From Thermoplasmata archaeon (GTDB lineage Archaea; Thermoplasmatota; Thermoplasmata; GCA-020350865): a stretch of DNA of 64,000 bases. Below, one piece after another: positions 1 to 9,008 of the stretch (position 1 is the first letter of the stretch; each line of letters starts with the position of its first letter). Below the pieces are notes generated by a model. The model did no database searches and had not been told where the DNA came from. It was given only the letters and a program-made list of their open reading frames with translations. The DNA is taken from NCBI GenBank assembly GCA_020348445.1, contig CP070751.1, forward strand, positions 3,745,002-3,809,001, written 5' to 3'. Position numbers and translations under genes: made by a program.

Positions 1-1011
1 GGGCGATTGGATGGTGTAACCGAAGTTCTTCCGAATCCGGATCTTTTTGTAATAATGTATATAAAGAAAGAAGCGGTATTGTCGTCACAGATAGAAGGAA
101 CTCAAGCCTCATTAATGGACGTGTTGGAATTTGAAGCCAAGGCCCTTGACCCTTTTAAATCTAGGGATGTAAGGGAAGTTGTAAATTATATAAAAGGAAT
201 AAATTACGGTTTGGATCAAATAAAACAGGATAAGAATATCAGTATTTCCATGATCAGGAAAATACATGCTTATCTTCTTGAGGATACGAGAGGTGGAGAA
301 AGGGATTCGGGAAATTTAAGGAATATACAAAATTGGATAGGGCCGCCTGGTTGTGATATCTCAGAGGCCATATTCATCCCTCCTGAGATAAAAGATATGA
401 AGATCGCTTTGAAAGATCTTGAGGAATTCATAAAAAAAGATTATGAGTTACCACCATTGATTAAAGCTGGATTGGTCCATTCCCAATTTGAGACCATTCA
501 CCCATTCATTGATGGCAATGGAAGGATAGGCAGACTTCTTATAACCCTTATATTGACACAGAGTGGCTATCTATCCCGACCGCTTCTATATCCTTCTTAT
601 TATTTCAAACAAAATCGGGCAGAATACTATGATAGACTCCAGGCTGTTCGGGATATGGGAGAATGGGAATCGTGGTTGGTTTTCTTCCTAAATGGGATGT
701 ATAAAGCATCAACAGAAGCGATAAAAACTTCCATGAAGATACTTGAATTAAGAAAAAGTCAACAGGAGGTGATCACTGAAAAATTGGGTAAAAAGAGTGG
801 TTCGGCCCTGAGATTATTTGATGAACTCTATAATAATCCCTTGGTAACAGTAAATTCTATTGCTAAGATAACCGGCCTTTCCTATCCCAATTCCAATCGC
901 TTAGCATCAATATTTGAGGAGCTGGATATTTTAAAGGAGATCACAGGTCAAAAGCGGAATAGAATATTCGAGTTTATTAAATATATGGATATCTTGAATG
1001 AAGGAATATAG
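1..1011 (+). CDS. Fic family protein (5'-truncated by window edge), with C-terminal HTH-like region
   Basis: Canonical Fic motif HPFIDGNGRIGR; N-terminal KEAVLSSQIEG motif; frame open from base 1 (GRLDGV...). Confidence 0.92.
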   Translation, partial: GRLDGVTEVLPNPDLFVIMYIKKEAVLSSQIEGTQASLMDVLEFEAKALDPFKSRDVREVVNYIKGINYGLDQIKQDKNISISMIRKIHAYLLEDTRGGERDSGNLRNIQNWIGPPGCDISEAIFIPPEIKDMKIALKDLEEFIKKDYELPPLIKAGLVHSQFETIHPFIDGNGRIGRLLITLILTQSGYLSRPLLYPSYYFKQNRAEYYDRLQAVRDMGEWESWLVFFLNGMYKASTEAIKTSMKILELRKSQQEVITEKLGKKSGSALRLFDELYNNPLVTVNSIAKITGLSYPNSNRLASIFEELDILKEITGQKRNRIFEFIKYMDILNEGI

Positions 1012-1040
1012 TTCTATTATAATTAATGGAATGAGGGAAA

Positions 1041-1306
1041 GACAATCCTGTGCTGCTTTTTAGCGTGCTGAGGAAGAAGGGGGACGGCTTCACCGCAGGC
1101 ACAAAGACAGGTTTGGTGGAGGAAGAAGGTAAGAGCAAAAGACGCAGGCCTCCGTTAAGAAAGGAGCAATCCGAAAGAACAGAGAGGCAAAACCTTTATC
1201 CTCTTAGAGAGATAATGGTTTTAGGGGTAGGGCTTAGAAATGGGATATTGGCAATACCAAACCCCATTTCCAGGTCAAAGGCCATTTTTCAAAAGAAGAA
1301 AGGGAG
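1041..1306 (+). repeat. Intergenic structured repeat, copy A (left end, core hairpin, second hairpin)
   Basis: GACAATCC left end, GACGCAGGCCTC, GGAGCAATCC, AAAACCTTTATCCTC-loop-GAGATAATGGTTTT, GGGCTTAGAAATGGG...CCCATTTCC. Confidence 0.85.
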
Positions 1307-1343
1307 AAGTTTATGTATACAAACCATCAATAATTAAAAACAT

Positions 1344-2915
1344 TTGGAATTTGGTAAGAAAGATGCATCAAGTATATATTTAAATAATATCATTTTACCT
1401 TTAAAATCCCAATCTAGGTGGAAAAGCTTGAAAAAAGTTCTCTTGACGGCGGACAAATCTCTATTGAACGATTTTCATCTAAAACAGAATCTATCCCAAT
1501 TTTTTTATGGTTCTGGTGATTTATTGAACAATTGGATATTCAAACTTTTAGTTCCCGACCCAAAGATAGTAAATGGAATTACAAGATTTGCACCATATCC
1601 TTTAAGGAAAATCGAAGCAAAAATGATGGAACTAGGGTATGATGTTTCGACCATTAGTTACAAACAGATTCCCAGCTCCATCAAAGATGCCAAAGTATTG
1701 GGAATTCATACAGTAAATCCATTGGGGTTGGCATTCAATACTTATTTAAGAAACTTTATAAATGAGAGATACGAAAAACCGAGATATTATTTTTCTCAAT
1801 TGATTAAAAATAAACACATAAAAGAAGCAAAGAAAGATGGGTTAAAGATCATCGTTGGAGGCCAAGGTGCTTGGCAATTTGAATCCAATCAAGATTTACT
1901 TGACGAATATGGAATAGACTGTGTAATTATTGGTGAAAGCGAATTAGTAATTGATGAGATTCTATCTGCCGCTTTAAAAGATAAAGATATTCCCAGATTT
2001 GTAAGAGTTAAAAAAAATCAGATACCAAATATAGACCAGATATCAGATATTAAATATCCTTCTGTTTCTGGGTGTATCGAAGTAGGACGTGGATGTCCTA
2101 GACAGTGTAAATTTTGTGAAGTCACTCAGTCAAAATTGAGATGGTATCCATTATCAAAGATAGAAAATGAGCTTATTATTAACAATCAAGCTGATTTAAA
2201 GTATGGTATTTTACATGCAGAGGACATTTTTCTTTATGGTCAACAATCTGTAGTACCCAATAAAAAAAAGATACTAGATTTAATTCGATTATCTAAAAAA
2301 TATCATCGTAATATCCATTTTACACATGTTTCAATTGCTTCAAGTATAGCGATCCCGGATTTAATTGAACATGTAATGGAATTAATACTTCAAGACCAAG
2401 ATTATATGTTGGTCGAAGTTGGAATTGAAACAGGATCAGATAAACTGATAAAAATGAATATGGCCTCAAAAATGAAACCTTTTAAAGCAGAAATGTGGAG
2501 CGATTTAACTATTGAGGCGTTGGGAAAAATGCATGATAATATGATAATCCCTTTTTGTTCGATTATATTTGGATTACCAAATGAAACAATCCAAGATAAA
2601 GAAAAAACATTGGAATTGATTGAAAATCTAAGCGATTATAGATGTATATTCTTTCCTGTAAATTTTATACCCTTGGGAAAATTAAAAAACCACGATCGTC
2701 AATCGAAGAATCTCGAAGATTTAGACGACATTGAAAAAGAAACATGTTTCCGTTGCATAGATCATGATCTTAAATGGATTAAAAAAACAAAAAGATATTT
2801 TTATAAAGAATCGACGTACCATTTATTTATGGAAATATTTTCGAAGATATGGATTTTTCAATACAAAAGAAATGTATCTAAATATAAGAAGAAGTTAAAG
2901 ATTAATACAAAATAA
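1344..2915 (+). CDS. Radical SAM protein with B12-binding-like N-terminal region
   Basis: GRGCPRQCKFC (CxxxCxxC); IIVGGQGA motif upstream; TTG start about 30 nt after TTTATGTA (TATA-like), no RBS, consistent with a leaderless mRNA. Confidence 0.8.
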   Translation: MEFGKKDASSIYLNNIILPLKSQSRWKSLKKVLLTADKSLLNDFHLKQNLSQFFYGSGDLLNNWIFKLLVPDPKIVNGITRFAPYPLRKIEAKMMELGYDVSTISYKQIPSSIKDAKVLGIHTVNPLGLAFNTYLRNFINERYEKPRYYFSQLIKNKHIKEAKKDGLKIIVGGQGAWQFESNQDLLDEYGIDCVIIGESELVIDEILSAALKDKDIPRFVRVKKNQIPNIDQISDIKYPSVSGCIEVGRGCPRQCKFCEVTQSKLRWYPLSKIENELIINNQADLKYGILHAEDIFLYGQQSVVPNKKKILDLIRLSKKYHRNIHFTHVSIASSIAIPDLIEHVMELILQDQDYMLVEVGIETGSDKLIKMNMASKMKPFKAEMWSDLTIEALGKMHDNMIIPFCSIIFGLPNETIQDKEKTLELIENLSDYRCIFFPVNFIPLGKLKNHDRQSKNLEDLDDIEKETCFRCIDHDLKWIKKTKRYFYKESTYHLFMEIFSKIWIFQYKRNVSKYKKKLKINTK

Positions 2916-2984
2916 TACGACACTTAATAATGAAAGAAGAAATAGATTGGCGGACATGATTTAGCAATGAATAGATTACAAGCA

Positions 2985-3170
2985 GAAAGGACGGAGTACC
3001 AAAACCTTTATCCTCGTAAGGGCTACCAAAGGTGCCCAAAATTTACCCCAGGGCTTTTTAAGCAACAATGGGAAAGATTTAAAAAGGGCTGAGAGGGATA
3101 ATGGTTTTAGGGGTGGGGCTTAAGGAGACACCCGAAATAAAGCGAGGCTGGAGGCAAAAATAATAGTGAC
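2985..3170 (+). repeat. Intergenic structured repeat, copy B (core hairpin with ~70-nt loop insertion)
   Basis: AAAACCTTTATCCTC at 3001 and GAGAGGGATAATGGTTTTAGGGGTGGGGCTT at 3091, separated by extra sequence. Confidence 0.8.
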
Positions 3171-3244
3171 AATTGGAGAAACGTGCCAAAATAATAAAAT
3201 AATTGTTATTAATTGATGAAATCAAAGGAAAGAAGTTGAGAAAG

Positions 3245-5224
3245 ATGAGAAAAATCGTGGGGTTGATGTTATTTGGATTACTTGTTTTAAGTATGGCAGT
3301 TGGAGTCTTTACTATATTACCAAAAATGGTGAGTGCATACACTCCACACGACCCGATATATATAGATGGAAATGTTGATTTTACCGAAGAAAATGGCGTT
3401 TTAGAGGGATCTGGAACTGAAATCGAACCATACATCATCGAAGGATGGGAGATAGATGCCAAAGCCTCTGAGGGGATAAAAATAAAAAACACTACTGTGC
3501 ATTTTATAATAAAAAATTGTATGGTCCATGGAGGTAATACCTATAATGGTATTTCTTTCTATAATGTTACAAATGGTAAGATAGAGAGTTCAACTTGCCA
3601 TAATAACTCAAATGGGATCTATTTTGAAAAATCCTCAAATAATATGATAAGTGCTTCCAATATTCATAACAATTCCAATGCTGGTATATACCTCGCAGGA
3701 TGTTCGAATAATAACGTTGAACTCTCTACAATAGTGGACAATGACTATGGTGTTTATATCGTCAAGTTATTTGTTGACATTGAGCCCATAGGGTACTATG
3801 TTTCCTCATCAAATAATCGACTTGAGGGCTCCGATTTAATAAATAACTCACTGGGTATCCGACTCTATGATGATGTCTCCGGCACCTATATAAACAATAC
3901 TTATGTGTTTCAGGGTGATATTGGTATTGATATTTCTTCCTCTACAGGGACCGTGATTAGCAATTCAACGATATCTTTTTGTGATAAGGGGATTCATTTT
4001 TGGAGTTCATCTTATAATAGGGTGATAAATAGTAGCATTTCATGGAACGCGGAATACGGCATTAAATTTGGGTATACATCGTCAGATAATCTAGTTACTT
4101 ACTCTAATATATCACACAATAATGAGGGTATACTCATTGGAAGTAATAATGATCAGAATCCCACCGATATCTTTATCCATCACAATAATTTCATAAATAA
4201 TACTGTTCAGGCAGGTGACTGGGATATCGGCACCCACAATCATTGGGATGATGGGGCTGAAGGAAATTATTGGTCTGATTACAAAGGTAATGATACAAAC
4301 GATGATGGTGTTGGCGATGAACCCTATAACATAACACTCTTAATTATATATGGGGGTTCTAATCCACCTTGTAATAAGGATTACTTTCCATTGATTAATC
4401 CTATACAAATAGCGATAGTTAGTAATGAGCTTCCAATTCCTGATTTTGATTACTCACCCAAAACACCAACCGATTTAGAATTTGTATACTTTACTGATCT
4501 ATCTTATGACACTGATGGTACGATAGTATCAAGGCACTGGGAATTTGGCGATGGGAACATGAGCAACGATCAAGATCCATATCATAAATACATGGATAAT
4601 GGCACTTACACAATTACTTTGACTGTTACAGACAATACCGATGCAACCAATTCAAATTCCAAGGAGGTAATAGTAACCAACGTGGGACCAAACGCAACCG
4701 CTGGTTGTAATAAAACAAATATTACTGTGGGTGACGTGGTCTCATTTACAGGAACAGGATATGACAACGATGGTAGTATAACCAGTTGGTTTTGGGACTT
4801 TGGCGATGGCAATAATTCACAATTACAAAATCCAACCCATGTATATTCCATATCTGGCACATATACCGTGTCACTAACGGTTACAGATAACGATGATGCC
4901 ACAGCAACCGCTATACTAACGATTGTAGTTAATGAAGATACTGGTGGAGCAGCGTCGGATGATCAAGATGGTAACATCCTTGGCCTCGCCCCTTTTATTT
5001 TCTTTGTCCTGATCGCTGCAATCATAGTTATTTGCACTGTTGTACTTATCCTAAAAAAACAAGCTTTGTTGAGAGGTGATGATAAGCCGATCAAGGCTAA
5101 CGAGAAGAGAAAAAAAAGAAGGCAAAAAGATAATAAAAAAGAATGGACAAAGTGTCCAGAGTGCAAAGTACGCCTTAAAAAGAATAACCTTAAAAGCCAT
5201 ATCAAAAAAGTCCATAAAAAATAA
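3245..5224 (+). CDS. Secreted/surface protein: CASH/NosD beta-helix, two PKD domains, TM anchor, basic tail with C2H2 zinc-finger motif
   Basis: Signal-like N-terminus from ATG 3245; repeated NN.I.NN/GI motifs, GNYWSDY; PKD motifs HWEFGDG and FWDFGDG; hydrophobic LAPFIFFVLIAAIIVICTVVLIL; terminal CPECKVRLKKNNLKSHIKKVH. Confidence 0.8.
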   Translation: MRKIVGLMLFGLLVLSMAVGVFTILPKMVSAYTPHDPIYIDGNVDFTEENGVLEGSGTEIEPYIIEGWEIDAKASEGIKIKNTTVHFIIKNCMVHGGNTYNGISFYNVTNGKIESSTCHNNSNGIYFEKSSNNMISASNIHNNSNAGIYLAGCSNNNVELSTIVDNDYGVYIVKLFVDIEPIGYYVSSSNNRLEGSDLINNSLGIRLYDDVSGTYINNTYVFQGDIGIDISSSTGTVISNSTISFCDKGIHFWSSSYNRVINSSISWNAEYGIKFGYTSSDNLVTYSNISHNNEGILIGSNNDQNPTDIFIHHNNFINNTVQAGDWDIGTHNHWDDGAEGNYWSDYKGNDTNDDGVGDEPYNITLLIIYGGSNPPCNKDYFPLINPIQIAIVSNELPIPDFDYSPKTPTDLEFVYFTDLSYDTDGTIVSRHWEFGDGNMSNDQDPYHKYMDNGTYTITLTVTDNTDATNSNSKEVIVTNVGPNATAGCNKTNITVGDVVSFTGTGYDNDGSITSWFWDFGDGNNSQLQNPTHVYSISGTYTVSLTVTDNDDATATAILTIVVNEDTGGAASDDQDGNILGLAPFIFFVLIAAIIVICTVVLILKKQALLRGDDKPIKANEKRKKRRQKDNKKEWTKCPECKVRLKKNNLKSHIKKVHKK

Positions 5225-5235
5225 AATGATAATAG

Positions 5236-5352
5236 ACTACGATCTCTAGCGTGTCGAGCATAAGGGATAAGGCTTAGAAATGGCATATTGATGTATAGCT
5301 GAATGTCATTTCCGAGGCCTGCGTCCGTCTAAAAGTAAAAGGAGGGGATTGT
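5236..5352 (+). repeat. Intergenic structured repeat, copy C (mainly right half)
   Basis: AGCGTGTCGAG, GGCTTAGAAATGGCAT...ATGTCATTTCCGAGGCCTGCGTCCG...AAAAGGAGGGGATTGTC. Confidence 0.85.
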
Positions 5353-5401
5353 CCGAAAAATATATTGTGAAAAGCGATATATTGACTATAAAGTGAATTA
5401 A

Positions 5402-5926
5402 ATGATTGACAAAAAACTAAAGCTAATCGAACCATCTATTGATTATCAAAAAGAATATACACAATTTTTAGAAGATTTTAAATCCACTAAAGAGAAATTA
5501 GTACCTTTTATTTTGGAATATGATACATCTAAATTCCCGGGTTTTATTCAGAAGCTGAAGGATTCCTCCATGGGAATCGGCCTCCCTGAAGGATGGATTC
5601 CACATACGACCTTCTGGTTGGTTGATCCGAATAAAAATGTGATTGGTGTTGTAAATATCCGACATAAAATAAATGATAAATTAGAAAGAATTGGCGGCCA
5701 TATTGGGTTTAGTATTGCCCCATCGTATCGAAGGAAGGGGTATGGTAAAATAATACTTAAATTAGCATTAGACAAAGTTAGTAAATTTGGTTTAAAACAA
5801 GTATTACTGACCTGTGATAAAGAAAATATTGGCTCAGTTAAAGTAATCAAATATAACAATGGAGTATTAGACTCAGAAGACATTGTTGATGGAATGAGAA
5901 TCCAAAGATATTGGATAAAAATATGA
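5402..5926 (+). CDS. GNAT family N-acetyltransferase
   Basis: GGHIGFSIAPSYRRKGYGKIIL acetyl-CoA motif; VLLTCDKENIGSVKVI. Confidence 0.88.
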   Translation: MIDKKLKLIEPSIDYQKEYTQFLEDFKSTKEKLVPFILEYDTSKFPGFIQKLKDSSMGIGLPEGWIPHTTFWLVDPNKNVIGVVNIRHKINDKLERIGGHIGFSIAPSYRRKGYGKIILKLALDKVSKFGLKQVLLTCDKENIGSVKVIKYNNGVLDSEDIVDGMRIQRYWIKI

Positions 5927-5960
5927 GAATTGGTTGGCCTCGGTGAGGTTGAAAAATAAT

Positions 5961-6056
5961 ACAATCCCCTCCTTCAAAAAAGCGTGTTGAGGAAGAAGGT
6001 AGGAAGGTCCCAAGGAAGGCCGAATTATCTGATCCTGGAACCATACAACAAAGCAT
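5961..6056 (+). repeat. Intergenic structured repeat, copy D (left half)
   Basis: ACAATCCCCTCCTTCAAAAAAGCGTGTTGAGGAAGAAGG; GGAAGGCCGAA is shared with copy J. Confidence 0.75.
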
Positions 6057-6078
6057 ATATTTCACAACTGCATCTCAA

Positions 6079-6633
6079 ATGACTATGCAACAAAGTGATG
6101 ACCCGGGATCAGAGGAGGTAACGTGGCAGGAAAACGTATTTCCTGAGAAAATCGAAAGAACTAACAGAAAGTTCCTTTTGTTTGCTCCTCCCATTGCATT
6201 TGTCGTCCTCTTCACCGTATCGGTACTGATACAGATGGTTGTTCCACACCCCTTATTTCCTTTCTTGGATCTTAGTTTGGCTAGTATAGGAGCGCTGATT
6301 TTATTTTTTGGACCTTATACTGGCTCAAGAAAATTGATAGAAAGAATAGGTTTGACAGAAAATGGTTTTTATGTTGTTGATAGGGCTAAAAGAAAATGGT
6401 TCATCGGCTGGACAGACATATTTTCGATTGAAAAAAGTTATAACGAGATTTACGTTTTGCATTACTATAAAAAGGGAGAAGGGGTTGCATTTGCTCCCTT
6501 GGCTCTTATGGGATACATCGCTTTGGATTTAAAGGACCAATGGGAGGATCAATTGAAGGTTCTTGAGGAAACAACGATTAAGGAGTTAAAGGAAAATGAA
6601 AAGAGGAAAGCGCATATATCAGAGCTGGCTTAA
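6079..6633 (+). CDS. Hypothetical membrane protein (2 TM, then a soluble domain)
   Basis: 184-aa ORF with two hydrophobic segments; no recognised motif. Confidence 0.6.
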   Translation: MTMQQSDDPGSEEVTWQENVFPEKIERTNRKFLLFAPPIAFVVLFTVSVLIQMVVPHPLFPFLDLSLASIGALILFFGPYTGSRKLIERIGLTENGFYVVDRAKRKWFIGWTDIFSIEKSYNEIYVLHYYKKGEGVAFAPLALMGYIALDLKDQWEDQLKVLEETTIKELKENEKRKAHISELA

Positions 6634-7057
6634 GGAGCGAAAGAAAACTCAAACCTTTTCAAGACGATTTATTGCATTTTGTTGGATCGTATGTCCCGTC
6701 CTCGGAATTATCTCTATGCAAGGCAGCGGTTATTCATTTGTCACCATATTTTTTTCCTTGATGGCACTTGTTTATTTGACGGTAGGGACAATATTCGTTC
6801 TATATGGAAGTAAGGAGCTTTGTATCTATGAAAACGGCATCTTGATCCCATACGGTTTAACTAGGAAATTTTTAAAATTCTCGGTTATATCGAAAATAAA
6901 ACTTAACACCACCTCCCAGTCCTTTGTGCCGGAAATTGATATCGTCTTGGATGAGAGAGATGTGGTTAAATATAAAAAAACATTAATCCACGAGTGGAAA
7001 GCTTTCTACAAAACGATGTTGTTTGGGGTGGCTGACAAAGTACAGGTTGTGGAGTAA
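6596..7057 (+). CDS. Hypothetical membrane protein (2 TM, then a soluble domain)
   Basis: 153-aa ORF, AAGGAG upstream, two hydrophobic segments; overlaps the previous ORF by 38 nt. Confidence 0.6.
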   Translation: MKRGKRIYQSWLKERKKTQTFSRRFIAFCWIVCPVLGIISMQGSGYSFVTIFFSLMALVYLTVGTIFVLYGSKELCIYENGILIPYGLTRKFLKFSVISKIKLNTTSQSFVPEIDIVLDERDVVKYKKTLIHEWKAFYKTMLFGVADKVQVVE

Positions 7058-7060
7058 TTA

Positions 7061-7158
7061 CGAGGGTTTTTTAGGTGGGGCTTAGAAATAGCATGTGGAC
7101 AAAATCCTAACGTCATTTCCGAGGCCTGCGTACGTTTGAAAGTAAAAGGAGGGGATTG
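7061..7158 (+). repeat. Intergenic structured repeat, copy E (right half)
   Basis: GGTTTTTTAGGTGGGGCTTAGAAATAGCAT...GTCATTTCCGAGGCCTGCGTACG...AAAAGGAGGGGATTGGC. Confidence 0.85.
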
Positions 7159-7326
7159 GCGATCTAATATGTCAGAGAAGTATATAGAATTATATTATAC
7201 TATTATACTAACCTCCAAAAATAAATTGCCCTAATTGTCATAAGATAAAATACAATTGTAGAAAAATACTTATACATTAAGGTAGATATAAGTACTAGCG
7301 ATTTAAATAGAAAGGAGGAATTTCAT

Positions 7327-8172
7327 ATAATTTACTCCGAATATAATCCAGATAAAACTACCAATATCTCCGATCAAATTAGATATCTTGGAATACATAT
7401 TCTTGGCTTGATCACACTTTGCCTTTTAATAATCATTCCCTGGCATCTCTTCCTTAAACCACTTTATGAAGGGCCATATTTGTGGTTTTATGTGCTCAGC
7501 TTTTCAATAACGACCTATCTTGTCGGTGTTGAAGCTGAAAGTACAGGTAATCTTGATACAATTGGAGGGTTTTATATGTTATTGCTAATGACTATATCAT
7601 GGAGTTGTATTATAATAAGCGGTATTATCGAGCTCTGGATTTTGCAGTGGTTTGGAGTTGCATTGACTTTTCTAACCGTTGGTATAGGACTCATCATCAT
7701 TCAAAAGCTTTCCAATATTGGATTATATTCTGAAATTCCTACTATTTTCATAGCTGCATCTCGCTATAGCTATGGGGATAAAGGGGAATTTTCTAACATT
7801 CCTTTTGAAGCGGAGATAGGAAAATACAATATGGACGATATTAAAAAGTACACTAAAATTCTTTTAAAATATGGGATTGCATTAAGGGTTACAGAAGATG
7901 CAGATTCTATCACGATTTATATACGAAAACCTTCCAATCTAGTGCGAACGATTCTTTTACCTGGATCAGTGCTTTTTGGACAATCTTGGATTAAAATAAG
8001 ATCTGATGGACACATTATTATATCAGTATCAAAAAATGCTTATGAATACTTGGACTCACCAGGCTTATATAATGAATTATGTAAGGCAATTTCTCGTATT
8101 ATCGACGAGTCCATAAATCAATATTATGCAGGCGATGAGCAAGGAGCTTTAAGAAAATTAGGCATTAAATAA
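7327..8172 (+). CDS. Hypothetical multi-pass membrane protein (probable ATA start)
   Basis: Four hydrophobic segments; frame is open upstream of TTG 7408 to ATA 7327, which lies 8 nt after GGAGG (7314-7318). Confidence 0.6.
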   Translation: MIYSEYNPDKTTNISDQIRYLGIHILGLITLCLLIIIPWHLFLKPLYEGPYLWFYVLSFSITTYLVGVEAESTGNLDTIGGFYMLLLMTISWSCIIISGIIELWILQWFGVALTFLTVGIGLIIIQKLSNIGLYSEIPTIFIAASRYSYGDKGEFSNIPFEAEIGKYNMDDIKKYTKILLKYGIALRVTEDADSITIYIRKPSNLVRTILLPGSVLFGQSWIKIRSDGHIIISVSKNAYEYLDSPGLYNELCKAISRIIDESINQYYAGDEQGALRKLGIK

Positions 8173-8177
8173 AATGA

Positions 8178-8330
8178 GACAATCCCTTCCTTTAAAAAAG
8201 CGTTCCAAGGCAAGAGCAAAGGACGCAGGACTACATGGAAGTTAGATTTGTGAGCAATCGGTACACTGAGGGAGAGGCAAAACCTTTATCCTTATAGAGA
8301 GATAATGGTTTTAGGGGCGGGGCTTGCGAG
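8178..8330 (+). repeat. Intergenic structured repeat, copy F (left end and core hairpin)
   Basis: GACAATCCCTTCCTTTAAAAAAGCG, GGACGCAGG, GCAAAACCTTTATCCTT-ATAG-AGAGATAATGGTTTTAGGGGCGGGGCTT. Confidence 0.85.
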
Positions 8331-8363
8331 GAAAGCGATTGAACTAAATGGAGATGTGCCCGG

Positions 8364-8798
8364 ATGAACATAGTAATAGAATTATATAACAATAGTAAGC
8401 ACCGTGAGCAAGTAATTGAATTATGGGATTCGGTCTTTGCTCCCAAAGATGCAAGAAATAGACCACAGTTATCGATTGATAAAAAATTATCAGTCATGGA
8501 CGATTTGTTTTTTATCGCAAGGGATGGCGATCAAGTAATTGGAACGGTCATGGCTGGATATGATGGCCATCGTGGATGGATATATTCAATGGCAGTAATT
8601 CCTGAAAGACGAAATTTGAACGTTGGAACCACATTGTTGAAACACGCAGAAAATGAATTAAAGAAGCTTGGCTGTGTAAAAATCAACTTACAGATCTATA
8701 AAGATAATGATAGTGTAAAAAATTTCTACTTAAAAAATGGATATTCTATAGAAGAAAGAATTAGTATGGGAAAAGAAATCAAGGATAACATCCGATGA
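8364..8798 (+). CDS. GNAT family acetyltransferase (YpeA-like)
   Basis: GTVMAGYDGHRGWIYSMAV and GCVKINLQI motifs. Confidence 0.9.
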   Translation: MNIVIELYNNSKHREQVIELWDSVFAPKDARNRPQLSIDKKLSVMDDLFFIARDGDQVIGTVMAGYDGHRGWIYSMAVIPERRNLNVGTTLLKHAENELKKLGCVKINLQIYKDNDSVKNFYLKNGYSIEERISMGKEIKDNIR

Positions 8799-8800
8799 AA

Positions 8801-8998
8801 AAATCCCTGTTCCCAGAACAGGTAGGGGAAGGCTTCACTAGTCCGATAATAGATTCAGATAGGAGTAGCAATCCATGGTGAGCAAAATCTTTATCTCATA
8901 GAGGGATAATGGTTTTATGGATGGGATTTAGAAATGGCATGTGGACATTAACCCAACGCCATTTCCGAGGCTTGCATCCGTTTAAAAGGAGGGGATTG
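8801..8998 (+). repeat. Intergenic structured repeat, copy G (near complete)
   Basis: AAATCCC left end; GCAAAATCTTTATCTC...GGGATAATGGTTTT; GAAATGGC...GCCATTTCCGAGGCTTGC; AAAAGGAGGGGATTG right end. Confidence 0.85.
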
Positions 8999-9008
8999 TT
9001 GATTTTCT

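Noticed and set aside
1130-1160. c-di-GMP-I riboswitch resemblance (GCAAAAGACGCAGGCCTCCG)
   Set aside because: The stem-loop with a GAAA tetraloop between GCAAA and GACGC is missing, and the segment is better explained as one arm of the element's inverted repeat.
1050-1337. 95-aa ORF over repeat A, and similar short ORFs over other repeat copies (e.g. 3079-3492, 8231-8497, 13256-13447)
   Set aside because: They are read-throughs of repeat sequence or antisense to real genes; the frames are not conserved between copies.
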